From: a virus
UHGV virus genome: UHGV-0289908
DNA length: 64,000 nucleotides
Reading direction: 5' to 3' (one strand)
The notes below the pieces were generated by a model, which had not been told where the DNA came from, did not search any database, and saw only the letters and a list, made by a program, of their open reading frames with translations. A program made the position numbers and the translations under genes. Shown one piece after another: positions 37,801 to 47,854 of the stretch; position 1 is the stretch's first letter; each line of letters opens with the position of its first letter.

Positions 37801-40800
37801 GACATAGCCAACCATTGTCCTGCTGTTTCACCCAGTGAGCCTTGAATCGTTCCATTTGTTTGTATTTTGAAAGTTCCTGTTGCTCCTTGGCTTACGCTAA
37901 AAGTAAATCCTGTTGTGACCTCTTCTCCTGCCAATCCTGCATAATGAGCACTTTTATTTACAAACTCGTAAATGCTTGTACATTGGCTTGTCGAGTTAGT
38001 CCCAGTGACGCTTACCTTGTTTGCTGTTCTCGCAAGCAAGTTTCGAGTCCCCACTTCTAGGTCTGCAACATCATATAACTTAGAAACGGTGAGGGTGTCA
38101 CTTACTCCACTAGCGTTTGTATTTAGTTTGAACGTGATTGATGTAATTGAGTCTGTAAATAATGAACTTGTCTTGCTTACCGTTAATACTCCATTACTAA
38201 TAGCCAATCCGTTCTGACCACTGACAACATTCACCCAAGTAGGAGTTCCACTTGATGAATAATTTGTACAATACTGCCAACTAGAATATGAACAGTTTTG
38301 TAATTGAGGTGTTAAAGTAATATTGTCTGGAAAGAATGTGATACCTCCATCTGTTGACTTGAATACTTGACTAGAAGCTAAAATATCTGCTATCTTAGCA
38401 TTTTGTCCTTTACGAGCCTTAGACCAAGAGAATATTTTGTTAAAAGTTTTTCCATCGACAATAACAGGGATGGTAACTGACCCATTTTCTGCTAATGAGC
38501 TACCTGTATTAGCTTGGAATGTTAATTTAGTTCCAGACTTAGTAATTGTCATACCAGAAGGATTTATAATTGTTCCAAAGGTAGGAGTTACAGATGTTGC
38601 TCCTTTGTAAGCAATGACATCACTTGTTGTCGAAACCGCAGTAGCAATACTTCCATCGTTTTCAGTCTGGAATGTATGTGTTTCATTGGTTAAGATAACG
38701 GTGTATGCGTCATCTCCATCTACTCCATCCGTTCCATCTTCCCCCACATATTTTTTCCATGTATAATCACCAAAAGTATTACTATCTGCTTCGGTGAAAT
38801 CAACATATGTTCCGATGTAAGTACCTACTGTTTCTCCATTGTTTGCAGTAAACGTCTTTCCATCATTTGAGTATTTGATGTGAAGATATGAAGTTCTACC
38901 ATCACTACCTTGAGCACCTTGAATACCACGCTCTCCATCTTCTCCCTTAATTTTACTCCAAGTGTATGAAGTGTTTGAAGAAGGAGCTGTTTGAGAGGTT
39001 GTTGAAGCTACCCCCATGTACTCTGTTGTGTCTGTCGGTGTGGTAGTCATTGGGTTACCGTTGGCATTTGCAGAATATCTTACATGGAAGTATGTCGTTA
39101 ATCCATCTTCCCCTTTGACACCTTGAATACCTTGAGCACCTTGAGCCCCAGTGTCTCCCTTCTGTCCTGTGATACATACAGGGTTGGTTGTCGTTGTTTT
39201 TTCATTAGAGTATTTTGTAACAGTGCGACTCCAGATATATTTTCCACTTTCCCAAGTTGGAGAAGTAGTTGTCCATCCACTTGTTGGAGCAGTTGTTGCA
39301 GAACTTGATTTGGCATATTCTACGTCAACAGATGTGATTGATACTCCGTCACTACCATCTGCCCCATCGTTTCCGTCTACTCCGTCATGCCCGTCTCTAC
39401 CTGTGACACATACTGGCGATGTTGTAGTCGTGTTATTGTTTGTATACGTAATAACAGAGCGTGTCCACACATACTTTCCAGACTCTGGTGTTGGGGCAGT
39501 ATCGCTCCATGACCCACCTGTTAAAGTAGTCTGAGAAGTTGAATGGTAGTATTGTTCCTTGATAGAAGATACTCCGACACCTTGTTCTCCCGAAGCTCCG
39601 TCTGAAACTTTTACAACTGTTAACTCATCATATTTGTTTCCAACTGTACAACGAATTGTAACAGATTTTACAGAGCTTGAGTTGAAGATTGTTGAGTTGT
39701 CATGTGGAAGCGTATAATAACTTTGGTTTCCATTTGTTGCGGAAGTGATTGTTGACCAAGCATCCTCTCCTGCACGTCTAAATTCCCAAACATACTTAGG
39801 GCTTGAGAATCCTTGAACCTGTGCTTGAATTTTAATTGAAGACGGAGTAGGTGCTCCTGTAAAGTTGTTAGTATACTTGAATACTTGTTCTCCACTTAGT
39901 GTCACTACCTCTGCATTTGTTCCGCTTTCACCTTGTTTTGAACAAGCCCAACTAAATACTTTGTTAAAAGTTTTTCCATCAATAGTAATTGGAATGATAA
40001 AAGTCCCATCGTCTGCTGTTAAGACTGTTGACTGAGAAACAGCAAAGGTAATGATGTTCCCAGATTTTGAAACGGCAATACCACTAGCACTATTGATTGT
40101 TCCGATTGTAAAGTCGGTACGAGTTGTGCGACCTTGGTACACAGACACCTCAGTTGTATATGTCTTTGATGACATAGGGAGTCTATCATTGAATGTTGGA
40201 ATAACTTGAGCTTCATTTGATAAGAAAACCGAATATGCGTTCTCTAGGTCTTCGATTGCGGGAGTCCAGTCTGTAGCCTTAGTTCCTCGTTCAAGTTTAA
40301 TCATACTAAATCGAATCGAACCTGCGTCTGCCACCGCCATTGAAACCTTGCAGTTATTTGGGTTGATGTCACTTGTCGTTAGCTTGCTTGTTGCTTCGAC
40401 TTTAAACCATTGTCCCACTGGAGAACTTTTTGGAATGTTGTTAACACAGATGTCAGAGAATGTGCTTCCATCTGTATGATAGCAACGTAGATATAATTGG
40501 TTATTATCTTGGTTTAAAGCGACATCCGAGTCAATGTAAATCCATCCAGATAATGTGTATGTGTCTCCTTGTTTAACAGAAGGTAAGACAACGTCCTTTT
40601 GAATTTGTTGACGTGCCGAATTTCCTGTTGTAGTTCTGCGTACACGGTAAGCCTTGTTATTCATATAACCGTCAACAACATTTGCCACAGAGAAACTTCC
40701 TAAGTTCCCTGTAGAGTCTGTTAATAAGTTTGTTCCTCCGATAACGACTCCTTCTACAACCGAGTTTGCATATTCTTTTGTTTTTGTTGCGATTGCGTCA

Positions 40801-42764
40801 AGGATGTTTTGACGTTGAGTATAATATGAATTAAAAGTGGAATTAAAAGTGTCCTTGTTAATATCTGTTGTAATACTAGATGATAGCGATAATCCACTAA
40901 TGTATGTATTTAAAGTGTTATATGCGTTCAGATAGTTTGTCGTTGAAACACCATAAACATTAGCCTGCTTAATGATAGAGTCTTTTTCGACCTTAATCTC
41001 TTCCCAGTCTCGTGAAACCTGTTGCTTTTCTAATGATGTTAATTTGCTGTCCGAAGCCATTTCGTTTAATTTTGCTTGAGCACTGTTGGCTTGAGCAAGA
41101 CCTTCTTGAGCATTCTTTTCCGCTTCTTCTGCCTTGTCAAGAATTTCCAACATGTCATCGTCATAGTCTTCGATAGCCTTTGTCCAGTCTGTAACCTTAG
41201 TTCCATCCTCTAACTGAGCCATAGTCATCCATACAGTAGAAGCTGACATTAGATGGAAGATGACCTGTCCAGAAACATTATTATCTCCTAGTTTAGATAC
41301 ATCAATGACATATCGTTCCCATGACGTTGTAATGTTCACAGTATTCTCATCTTGATATACCCCACCATATCCTAAACGAGCTCGTAACTTTACAGGTGAG
41401 CTTGCCTTTGCATAGAAGCTAAATAGTAGGTTGCGTCCTGCTCCTATTCCTTGAGCGTCTCCCAATACAGAAGTCCAGATAACATCTTGGTCACTTCCTG
41501 TATTGCTTGAAGAAGAGACCACCTTCAAAGTATTTTTATTCATGTATTTTGTACTTGTGTCGATAGAAACAGAGTGGATGTTTCCTCGTGTAGAAATAAG
41601 TGACTTCACCAAATCTTTGCTGAGGTCTGAATATTTTAAGAAGTTGCGTCCACCAACAACAACTCCATCTAAAGCACTGTCAGTATAGTCTTGTGATTGC
41701 TTCTTTGCTTCCTCTGCAACCTTGTTTAAGATTAACTGACGCTCTGTATAGTAATCGTTGAATTTTGCATTAAAAGTTACTGGAGCAATATTTGTATTAG
41801 TCGCAACATCTAAACCTAATGTTTCCACGTATGTGCTTAAAGCATTGTATACTGTATCATAATTAGCTGTACTAATGTTGTATGTCTGAGCCTGTTTATT
41901 GACAGATGGTTTTTCAACTTTAATCTCTTCCCATGTGCGAGAGATTTGTTGTTTCTCAGTAGGAGTCAAAATGTTGTCAGAAGCCATGTCGCTCAACTGC
42001 TTGTTGGCTTCACGTGCGTCTTCAATTCCTTGAAGAGCATTCTTTTCCGCTTCCTCTGCTTTCTCTCTTACGTTTTCAATTTCTTCTGTAATGTCTTCTG
42101 GAGATGGAGTCCAATCAGAAACCTTAGACCCTCTTTCTAATTGTAGGTTAGAAACCCATAACGTTGCACTTCCTTGTACAATTACACGGGCAGTTGCTTC
42201 TACTGTTCCTACTGGGATAGTTTGATTTTCTAATTTTAATTTAGTCCATTTTCCAACAGTTTTCTTGTCTCCATAAACCATGTAGCTCGTAACAAGACCA
42301 CCAAGAGCATTAAAGCATTGCAGTTCTAATGCAACGAAATCATACTCTTTCATTCCGTGTGTTGCAGGTAGGTAGATTTCTGCACTTGCAGAATAGCTTT
42401 CCCCAAACACTACTGGTTGAGGAGTTGGTGTTGCTCCAATTTTCATGGTTGAATCAGTGTTTGAGATTTTATATTTAATTGAGTTATTTGACCCATTTTT
42501 CATTCCTGTGTCAATGGCAGTGCCATCCACAAAAGTAAAATATGAATCTCCATATAGAGCAGTATTGCGTAAGATGTTGCGTCCTCCAATAGTTACTCCA
42601 TTTGTCTCCACCCAACTGCTTCCATTCCAAGTTTTTAACACTGGAGGTTCTACACTCGTGTCTAGCCAAACTTGGTCTGTCACTGGCGACGTGGGTGCAG
42701 TTGGGGAAGAAGTGATGTCATTGAAATCTTTGATAGTGATAAACCCACTTGATAAAATAGCCAT
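34845..42764 (-). CDS. Giant (2639 aa) tail fibre or host-specificity protein with collagen-like G-X-Y tracts and three ~250-aa internal repeats
   Basis: MAILSSG N-terminus shared with the 352-aa protein. Three repeats of L(T/S)xxEKQQ(I/V)SR(T/D)WEEIKVEK...Y(N/G)(I/V)ST(A/T)NY...YN(A/T)L(S/N)TY(V/I). Collagen-like tracts GRDGHDGVDGNDGADGSDG, GDTGAQGAQGIQGVKGEDG and GEDGERGIQGAQGSDG. C-terminal DIFNKLTNNGATQGIFLDGGKVWINGEYIKAKSITADRL motif shared with the 1326-aa protein. Confidence 0.65.
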   Translation of the reverse strand: MAILSSGFITIKDFNDITSSPTAPTSPVTDQVWLDTSVEPPVLKTWNGSSWVETNGVTIGGRNILRNTALYGDSYFTFVDGTAIDTGMKNGSNNSIKYKISNTDSTMKIGATPTPQPVVFGESYSASAEIYLPATHGMKEYDFVALELQCFNALGGLVTSYMVYGDKKTVGKWTKLKLENQTIPVGTVEATARVIVQGSATLWVSNLQLERGSKVSDWTPSPEDITEEIENVREKAEEAEKNALQGIEDAREANKQLSDMASDNILTPTEKQQISRTWEEIKVEKPSVNKQAQTYNISTANYDTVYNALSTYVETLGLDVATNTNIAPVTFNAKFNDYYTERQLILNKVAEEAKKQSQDYTDSALDGVVVGGRNFLKYSDLSKDLVKSLISTRGNIHSVSIDTSTKYMNKNTLKVVSSSSNTGSDQDVIWTSVLGDAQGIGAGRNLLFSFYAKASSPVKLRARLGYGGVYQDENTVNITTSWERYVIDVSKLGDNNVSGQVIFHLMSASTVWMTMAQLEDGTKVTDWTKAIEDYDDDMLEILDKAEEAEKNAQEGLAQANSAQAKLNEMASDSKLTSLEKQQVSRDWEEIKVEKDSIIKQANVYGVSTTNYLNAYNTLNTYISGLSLSSSITTDINKDTFNSTFNSYYTQRQNILDAIATKTKEYANSVVEGVVIGGTNLLTDSTGNLGSFSVANVVDGYMNNKAYRVRRTTTGNSARQQIQKDVVLPSVKQGDTYTLSGWIYIDSDVALNQDNNQLYLRCYHTDGSTFSDICVNNIPKSSPVGQWFKVEATSKLTTSDINPNNCKVSMAVADAGSIRFSMIKLERGTKATDWTPAIEDLENAYSVFLSNEAQVIPTFNDRLPMSSKTYTTEVSVYQGRTTRTDFTIGTINSASGIAVSKSGNIITFAVSQSTVLTADDGTFIIPITIDGKTFNKVFSWACSKQGESGTNAEVVTLSGEQVFKYTNNFTGAPTPSSIKIQAQVQGFSSPKYVWEFRRAGEDAWSTITSATNGNQSYYTLPHDNSTIFNSSSVKSVTIRCTVGNKYDELTVVKVSDGASGEQGVGVSSIKEQYYHSTSQTTLTGGSWSDTAPTPESGKYVWTRSVITYTNNNTTTTSPVCVTGRDGHDGVDGNDGADGSDGVSITSVDVEYAKSSSATTAPTSGWTTTSPTWESGKYIWSRTVTKYSNEKTTTTNPVCITGQKGDTGAQGAQGIQGVKGEDGLTTYFHVRYSANANGNPMTTTPTDTTEYMGVASTTSQTAPSSNTSYTWSKIKGEDGERGIQGAQGSDGRTSYLHIKYSNDGKTFTANNGETVGTYIGTYVDFTEADSNTFGDYTWKKYVGEDGTDGVDGDDAYTVILTNETHTFQTENDGSIATAVSTTSDVIAYKGATSVTPTFGTIINPSGMTITKSGTKLTFQANTGSSLAENGSVTIPVIVDGKTFNKIFSWSKARKGQNAKIADILASSQVFKSTDGGITFFPDNITLTPQLQNCSYSSWQYCTNYSSSGTPTWVNVVSGQNGLAISNGVLTVSKTSSLFTDSITSITFKLNTNASGVSDTLTVSKLYDVADLEVGTRNLLARTANKVSVTGTNSTSQCTSIYEFVNKSAHYAGLAGEEVTTGFTFSVSQGATGTFKIQTNGTIQGSLGETAGQWLAMSPTINVASNTGGTITHTVTIPTDETKGFTGLQIRMDNFVGSITVSEMIIVKGNRVTGWSPAPEDVMADVESAKNVAESAQSTANSAKTEAQNATTKLNEIASDSKLTASEKQQVLRDWEEIKLEKSSIINQANVYSISTTNFISAYNALETYVGTLNLSSSTTVTITPSEFNAKFNAYYTQRQAILDSVATKTKEHADKLTNDLKKEVDTALDGLQTQVDGKVETWAQSSDPATAWTTTELKTAHTGDIWYNTSTKVTYRYSGTGWVKLTDADAENAKNLATSKKRVFTSTPTTPYEVGDLWVTNLSGTGDLKICKTARASGSYTASDWGKAMDYTTSTEAGNIAQDKVNGQTQADIFNKLTNNGATQGIFLDGGKVWINGEYIKAKSITADRLAIGDFTNYAQLNDNTATKYGFTPGSAEADGKWFVKGTLTRNSYISDYYTCNGGEAFRLKGDISTTMMGASTDGGTDSSYRGVAIGIVAYDGTGKAIHYLYSDRVTNETKTVSSSVILPAASRKFRVFIQCEGWTPFSGTLKVRNIQVTRMAGGELIVDGSITANKLHADVLSANSIVSIINGGSTTINGSKITTGTIVADTITSGTFKGTNFVAGGSTNGNGYISVLNASNDALFRADKEGLYAKNIVFATSPDYNPKMDGYYWADGYGFHGKSGYDDGTLNSWSQGIHTSIEGIRLEKLGEYQVNTGVATVEPHQIKVCNTKDTLRTVIMDNLVSTTGELNAGTHIRANGEIIAQGAITSKGGVYGASFLQTNYALPIEIGRYIDLHNPNSTNDVDVRIDTAGTRSRIRISRGDDLSQYTEIGRNDSLNASFMKNGVGGQFLVMHDDSRLSYDGATVPHNWRQSFTPFLYADTGNFTTSSAVGQAVYLGDLVFVQGRVIASKGGHSGGVAIGGLPVSSLWNYPPVTIGFFGGVTDAMNGLTYGINGYVEGGAGHIVLNFTLRNSGWQQLKCVHLGTGNVDVNFSAIYRWR

Positions 42765-42790
42765 ATATTTATCTCTCCTTGTACTTATTT

Positions 42791-42823
42791 AATAGAAAAG
42801 CCGACCCACTACAGGTCGGTCTT
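42791..42823 (-). terminator. Rho-independent terminator between the 352-aa gene and the giant fibre gene
   Basis: On the - strand: AGACCGACC tgtagtg GGTCGGCT followed by TTTCTATT. Confidence 0.6.
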
Positions 42824-42842
42824 TGTATATAAAATTATTATT

Positions 42843-43901
42843 TTATTTGCTTGAAACATCCACTTTGAAAGTGGCTTTTACATCTACGTCATCTCCTGTG
42901 ATAGAGAATGTTTTTGTAGTCTTGCTCCATGAGCTTTCTAACACTCCATTTTGGTTATATTTGTACCAACGATAGTTGTAAGCTGTTCCTGCCGAATCAA
43001 TTTCTACCCCTGCTTGGAATAAGCGAGCGGTTAATATTGAACTTCCTACCCCATTCTTGAACACATCTCCACCACTTGATTCAACCACTACTTGGATAGG
43101 GTCGCTTTGGTCAGAGATAGTAATAACATCCCAGTAGTACTGATTATATGTTGCAGAAGCTGAGTCAGTATCCTTGATTGAAGCCTTGAATACCCCATAG
43201 CTTGCTACTGCGTTAGGGTAGATTGTGATAGTGTTGGTTGTACATCCCGTGTATAAACCAGAAGTGTCGGCTAACTTCTTCCATCCAATTCCTCCACCTT
43301 GGTCTGTTGAAACAGAAGCGTCCATCATGTACCATTGGTAGGCTACATTAGTTGTATCAATAGTACTCCCTCGCCATAATTCAATTTTTCCAATTAATGA
43401 CGAAACTTCGTTGTTTTTAAATACGCTACCGTTTGGTGTTGTTGCAATCGCATCTGTAATACCGCTACCATTGATTACACGTGATAATGTTACAGACATT
43501 TTGTGTGTTAAAGACAATCCAGTTGTTGAATCTAAGAACACTACATCACAGCGATAATCTTGAGCAGGGATTCCCGCAAGGACGTTCGCCTTGATTGTTA
43601 AGATATGATTCTTAGTTCCGCTTAACCCATATTGAGCATTAGCGGTGATTGCTGATGTAGAACTCCCAATATACCACTTTACAGATTGTACCTCACTGGA
43701 AGCAATTAGGTCTCCTGCATTCCCCGCCTTGAATAACGATGGTGTAAGAACCATGTTTTGTGATGCCCAGTTTGGATTATATGTGTCATTATCTGGGTTG
43801 TACATTTGTGTCTTTGCTAAATTTGTATTGATTATCCCCGTCAACGTGACAGCGTCATTATAATCAATAATGGAAATTTGTCCCGAGCTTAAGATTGCCA
43901 T
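42843..43901 (-). CDS. Tail or baseplate protein (352 aa) sharing the MAILSSGxIxIxDxND N-terminus with the giant fibre
   Basis: N-terminus MAILSSGQISIIDYNDAVTL, compared with MAILSSGFITIKDFNDITSS in the giant fibre. Beta-rich. Confidence 0.45.
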   Translation of the reverse strand: MAILSSGQISIIDYNDAVTLTGIINTNLAKTQMYNPDNDTYNPNWASQNMVLTPSLFKAGNAGDLIASSEVQSVKWYIGSSTSAITANAQYGLSGTKNHILTIKANVLAGIPAQDYRCDVVFLDSTTGLSLTHKMSVTLSRVINGSGITDAIATTPNGSVFKNNEVSSLIGKIELWRGSTIDTTNVAYQWYMMDASVSTDQGGGIGWKKLADTSGLYTGCTTNTITIYPNAVASYGVFKASIKDTDSASATYNQYYWDVITISDQSDPIQVVVESSGGDVFKNGVGSSILTARLFQAGVEIDSAGTAYNYRWYKYNQNGVLESSWSKTTKTFSITGDDVDVKATFKVDVSSK

Positions 43902-43915
43902 AATATCTCCCCTTA

Positions 43916-46900
43916 TTACGCTAATAGCGATTGTCCATTTTCATCTACAAAATCAACATTGAAAGTTGCTCTTGCTTTTACATCTGCCGATGTGATATCT
44001 ACCGACACACTTCCGATTGCGTGTTGATTATTCCACACTGTGTCTCCAACGTGGTCACTTGATATACGTGTCCAAATGAAGCGAGTTGGGTCAACCTCAT
44101 TTGTTATTTCTTTATCCCAATTATAAAGCCTTACTGATAAGGTGGTGTTGATTGCTCCGTTTTTGAAAATAACTCCATTGCTCGAATGAATTTCAATTCG
44201 ATACATGTTTTTACTTTCTATTTGCTCAATTAGGTCATCAACTTCATTCTTGTTGTATACTTCATCCTTCGTTGGAATATTGGTTGAGTTACCTCCATCT
44301 CCTACTAAGTAGAAGGTGGCTGCTCTGACATGAACATTTCCTTCTGAGTCAATCTTGAAGGTTTCTGTTCCATCGTTGCGGATTGCTTTTAAGTTTCTTG
44401 TGTTAACATATTCCCCATTGATATACACTTTTCCGTCTTGTAAATATATACCCTGTGTTTCGCCATTATTTGTTAACTTGTTAAAAATATCTTCTTGGTT
44501 AAGAGCTTCGACCGCCCCTTGTGCCAAGTTTAGGGCAATATCTGCATTAGCCTGTTGAGCCACTTCGCTATAAACTTTTAAAGTTGCCCCATATGCAGAA
44601 ATTAAAGCATTAATCTCTTCTAACTCGGCTTCTGTCATAATCATGTCTGCGATGGCAGAGCTAATTTTATGAACAAGTTGGTCGTGAGCCGTATCCAATT
44701 CACTCTTAGCCTTTGATAGATTTGTACGAGAAGTTGCTCCCAATTTCGGATGTTCAATAAGCCCTTTGTATTGTCCATCAATATCTAACTTTTCTGTTTC
44801 TAATTGGGTTAGTTTGCTTCTTAAGTTTGTTAAGTTAATCGTTCCGATTAACCCAGACTTAAAATCCCCATTCATGGTTTCTTCCAAGCTGTCTAACGCA
44901 TTAGAAACTTGGTCTACCTCTTTACGAATTTCTTCTTTTGCTTCGTTGACAATAATGCCCGCCTGTGTCTCGGAAATAGATGTCAGTGCGTCACTCATGG
45001 CTTGATATAGAATTGATGATAGTTCATTAAACTCACTCAATGCAGAATGAAATGCTTCGAGGTCTTCTGGGACAATATGCTCAGATAGCATTAATAGCGA
45101 GAACATCTCAGACAACTCTTCAAATTTTAAACTGTATGACTCATATGCTGTTAATAAGGCGACAAGTATTGCTTCATTTGTCAGATAATGGTTGTTAACT
45201 ATGCTTATGTATTGAGCATTGACATCGTTAACCTCTCGTGTCAAACCATCAAACATGGCTGTTATTTTGGCTCGTTCAACTTCATCTAAGATACCGTCTT
45301 TTAATGCGTTATTTACATAAGAGTCTAATTCGTTGACCTGCCCAACAACATCTGTTATTTCTGCACGAACTTCTTCTTTTGCTTGGTTGGTTGACTGCTC
45401 TATTTTATTAACCACATCATCTACTGTTGGTACGTCTACTCCTTCAATAGATAATTGATTTACCTTTAGCGTAAATTGGTCTCCATCATAGTATAACCCT
45501 GCTGAGTTTTTCTCAAATGGATTACCGACCATTAAAGTCCCATCTGTATCTAGCAAGAAAGTGGTCTTATTATTTTGATACCCTGCGACCCCTATGGTTG
45601 TTCCATCGTTTAAAACGTCCTTACCGATTGCGACCCCTGTGATTAAATCGTTTTCTTGGTCATAACTCCCTGCGAATAGCTTAGGGGTTAAAATGAGATT
45701 TCCACGAACATCTGTTTTGGTATCGTTCCATTCTTGTACCCAATCAAGACCATCTGCGTCTTTTGTGACTGAAATCGGAATGGTTTGAATAATCATATAC
45801 CCCTTATATGTGACTGTTAATTGAATATCATTATTCAAAATAGATTCATCAAAAATACTGGCTACAGTTGGGGTGAATGTCTTTTTAGTAGAAGAGCCTT
45901 GAATGTGCCCATTTGCTACCCAGTAGTATGAGACATCGTCCATTACCTCTGTTCCATTTTCATATAGAGTTCCTATGAAAGTGGCACTTGCAGACGGTCT
46001 TGGGTCTCGATTGATTTGACTAAAAGTAAAACTTCTTGTCCCCTCTGTAATGTTTAAGATATAAGATTTTCCATCTGCTCCAGTTACTCCATCACTACCT
46101 TGCTTGGCTTTTGAAATAGTCCATGTTTTTGTGATGGTTATTCCTTCCACTGTAACATTAATATTTGCGATAGCGGTTGAGAAAGAATTATCCATAGACA
46201 GTAGCCTTACGGTATTGTTTGAGAAGGCAATATCACAACCCTCACACTGTCCCTTCGATAAAACTGGAGTGACCTCTTGATTTCCCTTGAAGACCATTAC
46301 ATTGGTTGTCGCCTTTGCAATTTCTGATTCATGAACATATCCGCTGTTGTCGATTGCAACAGTGTGACTTTCGTTGGTTAATACAACGGTAATTGCATCG
46401 TTTCCGTTTGACCCTGCTGCTAATTTGACAAGGGTGATTTCATCCTCATACCCTTCAAGTTCGCATTTAATAGTCACTTCTTTGCGACTTCCCCAGATAT
46501 TGACATCATTGTGTTGGAATGTTAGCTCTGTCCCGTTTTTACCCTCTAGTAAAGTCCATGTTGAGCCATTTTGAACATACCATTTAGGACTACCAGACAA
46601 CCCCACTGCCTTTGCGGAGATTGTTGAACGACTTGGTGATGGAATATCACTGTAGTCACTTGTTTCATATCGGAGAATTTGTCCTCCGACCAATGTTAAA
46701 GATTTAGCGTCCTGTCCTTTGCGGGTTTTATTCCATGTAAACGATTTATTGTAAGCCGAGCCATCAATGGTAACTACAACTAAGCAGCTACCAGATGACG
46801 GAAGAGAAGTTCCTTTTGCACTTGTAAATGTTACTCCTGTTGCTCCCACTTTATAGCGTAATCCTTGTGGAGCACCTTGAACTGATAGAGAGTAGTTAGT

Positions 46901-47854
46901 GTAGTCTATATTGGCTTTTGTCACTGTAATTTCACAATTAACAGTTTCTTCGTTTTCTACCTCTCCTGCACTGTTTGCTTCAAAGCTGTAGAAGGCATTT
47001 GTCATTTCTACTGAGTATTGACTAACACCGTCAAAAACCTTGGTAACTTCCAATTTACGCTGTGCTACCAATCCATCCCCACAATCAATGTTTACTACAG
47101 CACTAGCCTTGATAACATTAATATCTATTGAAGTTAATTTTACACGTTGTCCAACTATTCCAAAAGTACACCCATACTCCTGTTCAATAGATAGTACGGG
47201 AGCAATTTGTTTCGCTCCCTTGTAAACCAATACGTCTGTAAAAATAGACTGCACTTCGGACTTTGATACATCTCCGTCTTCTTTAGCTTTTACAACAAAT
47301 GCTTCACGAGACAGTGTGATAGTGTATCCATAGAATTGGGTTTCTGTAATAAAGTGTTCTAATCGGTCTGCTGTAGCTTCCCCTTGTTCCACTTTCTCGT
47401 CAATTTTTTGCATTGCTTCTACAAGACCACCCGCAGACTCTATCAAGTCTAAAGCGTCTTGACTTCGGTCTAAGATATTATCCCATGTGTCTGTAACATT
47501 CTCTCCGTCTCGGTGAAAGATACGACTATCGGAAATTAAGATGACCCCACGACCATAGTAGTTAACCATGACCATTTTCCCGTGTTGACTTTTATGAAAT
47601 TGTACAATTCCCACTCCATAGTCAACATAGAAATTATCTTCCCCAATATCTTGAACATTAAAAACCTCATGCAACTGGATATTATCCTCTGTAAGAATTT
47701 TAATGCGTTGAAATTGGTCGGGAACTTGTACTAATTGAATTACCCCATGCGTTGGAGAAATCTGTTGCGTTTCAGTTGGAATGTGCCAAGATATTGGGTT
47801 TCCATTCTCATCTCTATTCCATTGCATAATTAAAGAATTGTTATTTAATAGCAT
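43916..47854 (-). CDS. Large tail or baseplate protein (about 1312 aa) with an N-terminal docking domain, a long central coiled coil and a fibre-like C-terminal region
   Basis: Probable ATG at 47854 (MLLNNNSLIMQW) after AAAGGGGAG; the track extends to 47896 from a GTG. The N-terminal domain is paralogous to the 172-aa protein. The C-terminal motif EDIFNKLTNNGETQGIYLQDGKVYINGEYV is shared with the giant fibre. Confidence 0.55.
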   Translation of the reverse strand: MLLNNNSLIMQWNRDENGNPISWHIPTETQQISPTHGVIQLVQVPDQFQRIKILTEDNIQLHEVFNVQDIGEDNFYVDYGVGIVQFHKSQHGKMVMVNYYGRGVILISDSRIFHRDGENVTDTWDNILDRSQDALDLIESAGGLVEAMQKIDEKVEQGEATADRLEHFITETQFYGYTITLSREAFVVKAKEDGDVSKSEVQSIFTDVLVYKGAKQIAPVLSIEQEYGCTFGIVGQRVKLTSIDINVIKASAVVNIDCGDGLVAQRKLEVTKVFDGVSQYSVEMTNAFYSFEANSAGEVENEETVNCEITVTKANIDYTNYSLSVQGAPQGLRYKVGATGVTFTSAKGTSLPSSGSCLVVVTIDGSAYNKSFTWNKTRKGQDAKSLTLVGGQILRYETSDYSDIPSPSRSTISAKAVGLSGSPKWYVQNGSTWTLLEGKNGTELTFQHNDVNIWGSRKEVTIKCELEGYEDEITLVKLAAGSNGNDAITVVLTNESHTVAIDNSGYVHESEIAKATTNVMVFKGNQEVTPVLSKGQCEGCDIAFSNNTVRLLSMDNSFSTAIANINVTVEGITITKTWTISKAKQGSDGVTGADGKSYILNITEGTRSFTFSQINRDPRPSASATFIGTLYENGTEVMDDVSYYWVANGHIQGSSTKKTFTPTVASIFDESILNNDIQLTVTYKGYMIIQTIPISVTKDADGLDWVQEWNDTKTDVRGNLILTPKLFAGSYDQENDLITGVAIGKDVLNDGTTIGVAGYQNNKTTFLLDTDGTLMVGNPFEKNSAGLYYDGDQFTLKVNQLSIEGVDVPTVDDVVNKIEQSTNQAKEEVRAEITDVVGQVNELDSYVNNALKDGILDEVERAKITAMFDGLTREVNDVNAQYISIVNNHYLTNEAILVALLTAYESYSLKFEELSEMFSLLMLSEHIVPEDLEAFHSALSEFNELSSILYQAMSDALTSISETQAGIIVNEAKEEIRKEVDQVSNALDSLEETMNGDFKSGLIGTINLTNLRSKLTQLETEKLDIDGQYKGLIEHPKLGATSRTNLSKAKSELDTAHDQLVHKISSAIADMIMTEAELEEINALISAYGATLKVYSEVAQQANADIALNLAQGAVEALNQEDIFNKLTNNGETQGIYLQDGKVYINGEYVNTRNLKAIRNDGTETFKIDSEGNVHVRAATFYLVGDGGNSTNIPTKDEVYNKNEVDDLIEQIESKNMYRIEIHSSNGVIFKNGAINTTLSVRLYNWDKEITNEVDPTRFIWTRISSDHVGDTVWNNQHAIGSVSVDITSADVKARATFNVDFVDENGQSLLA

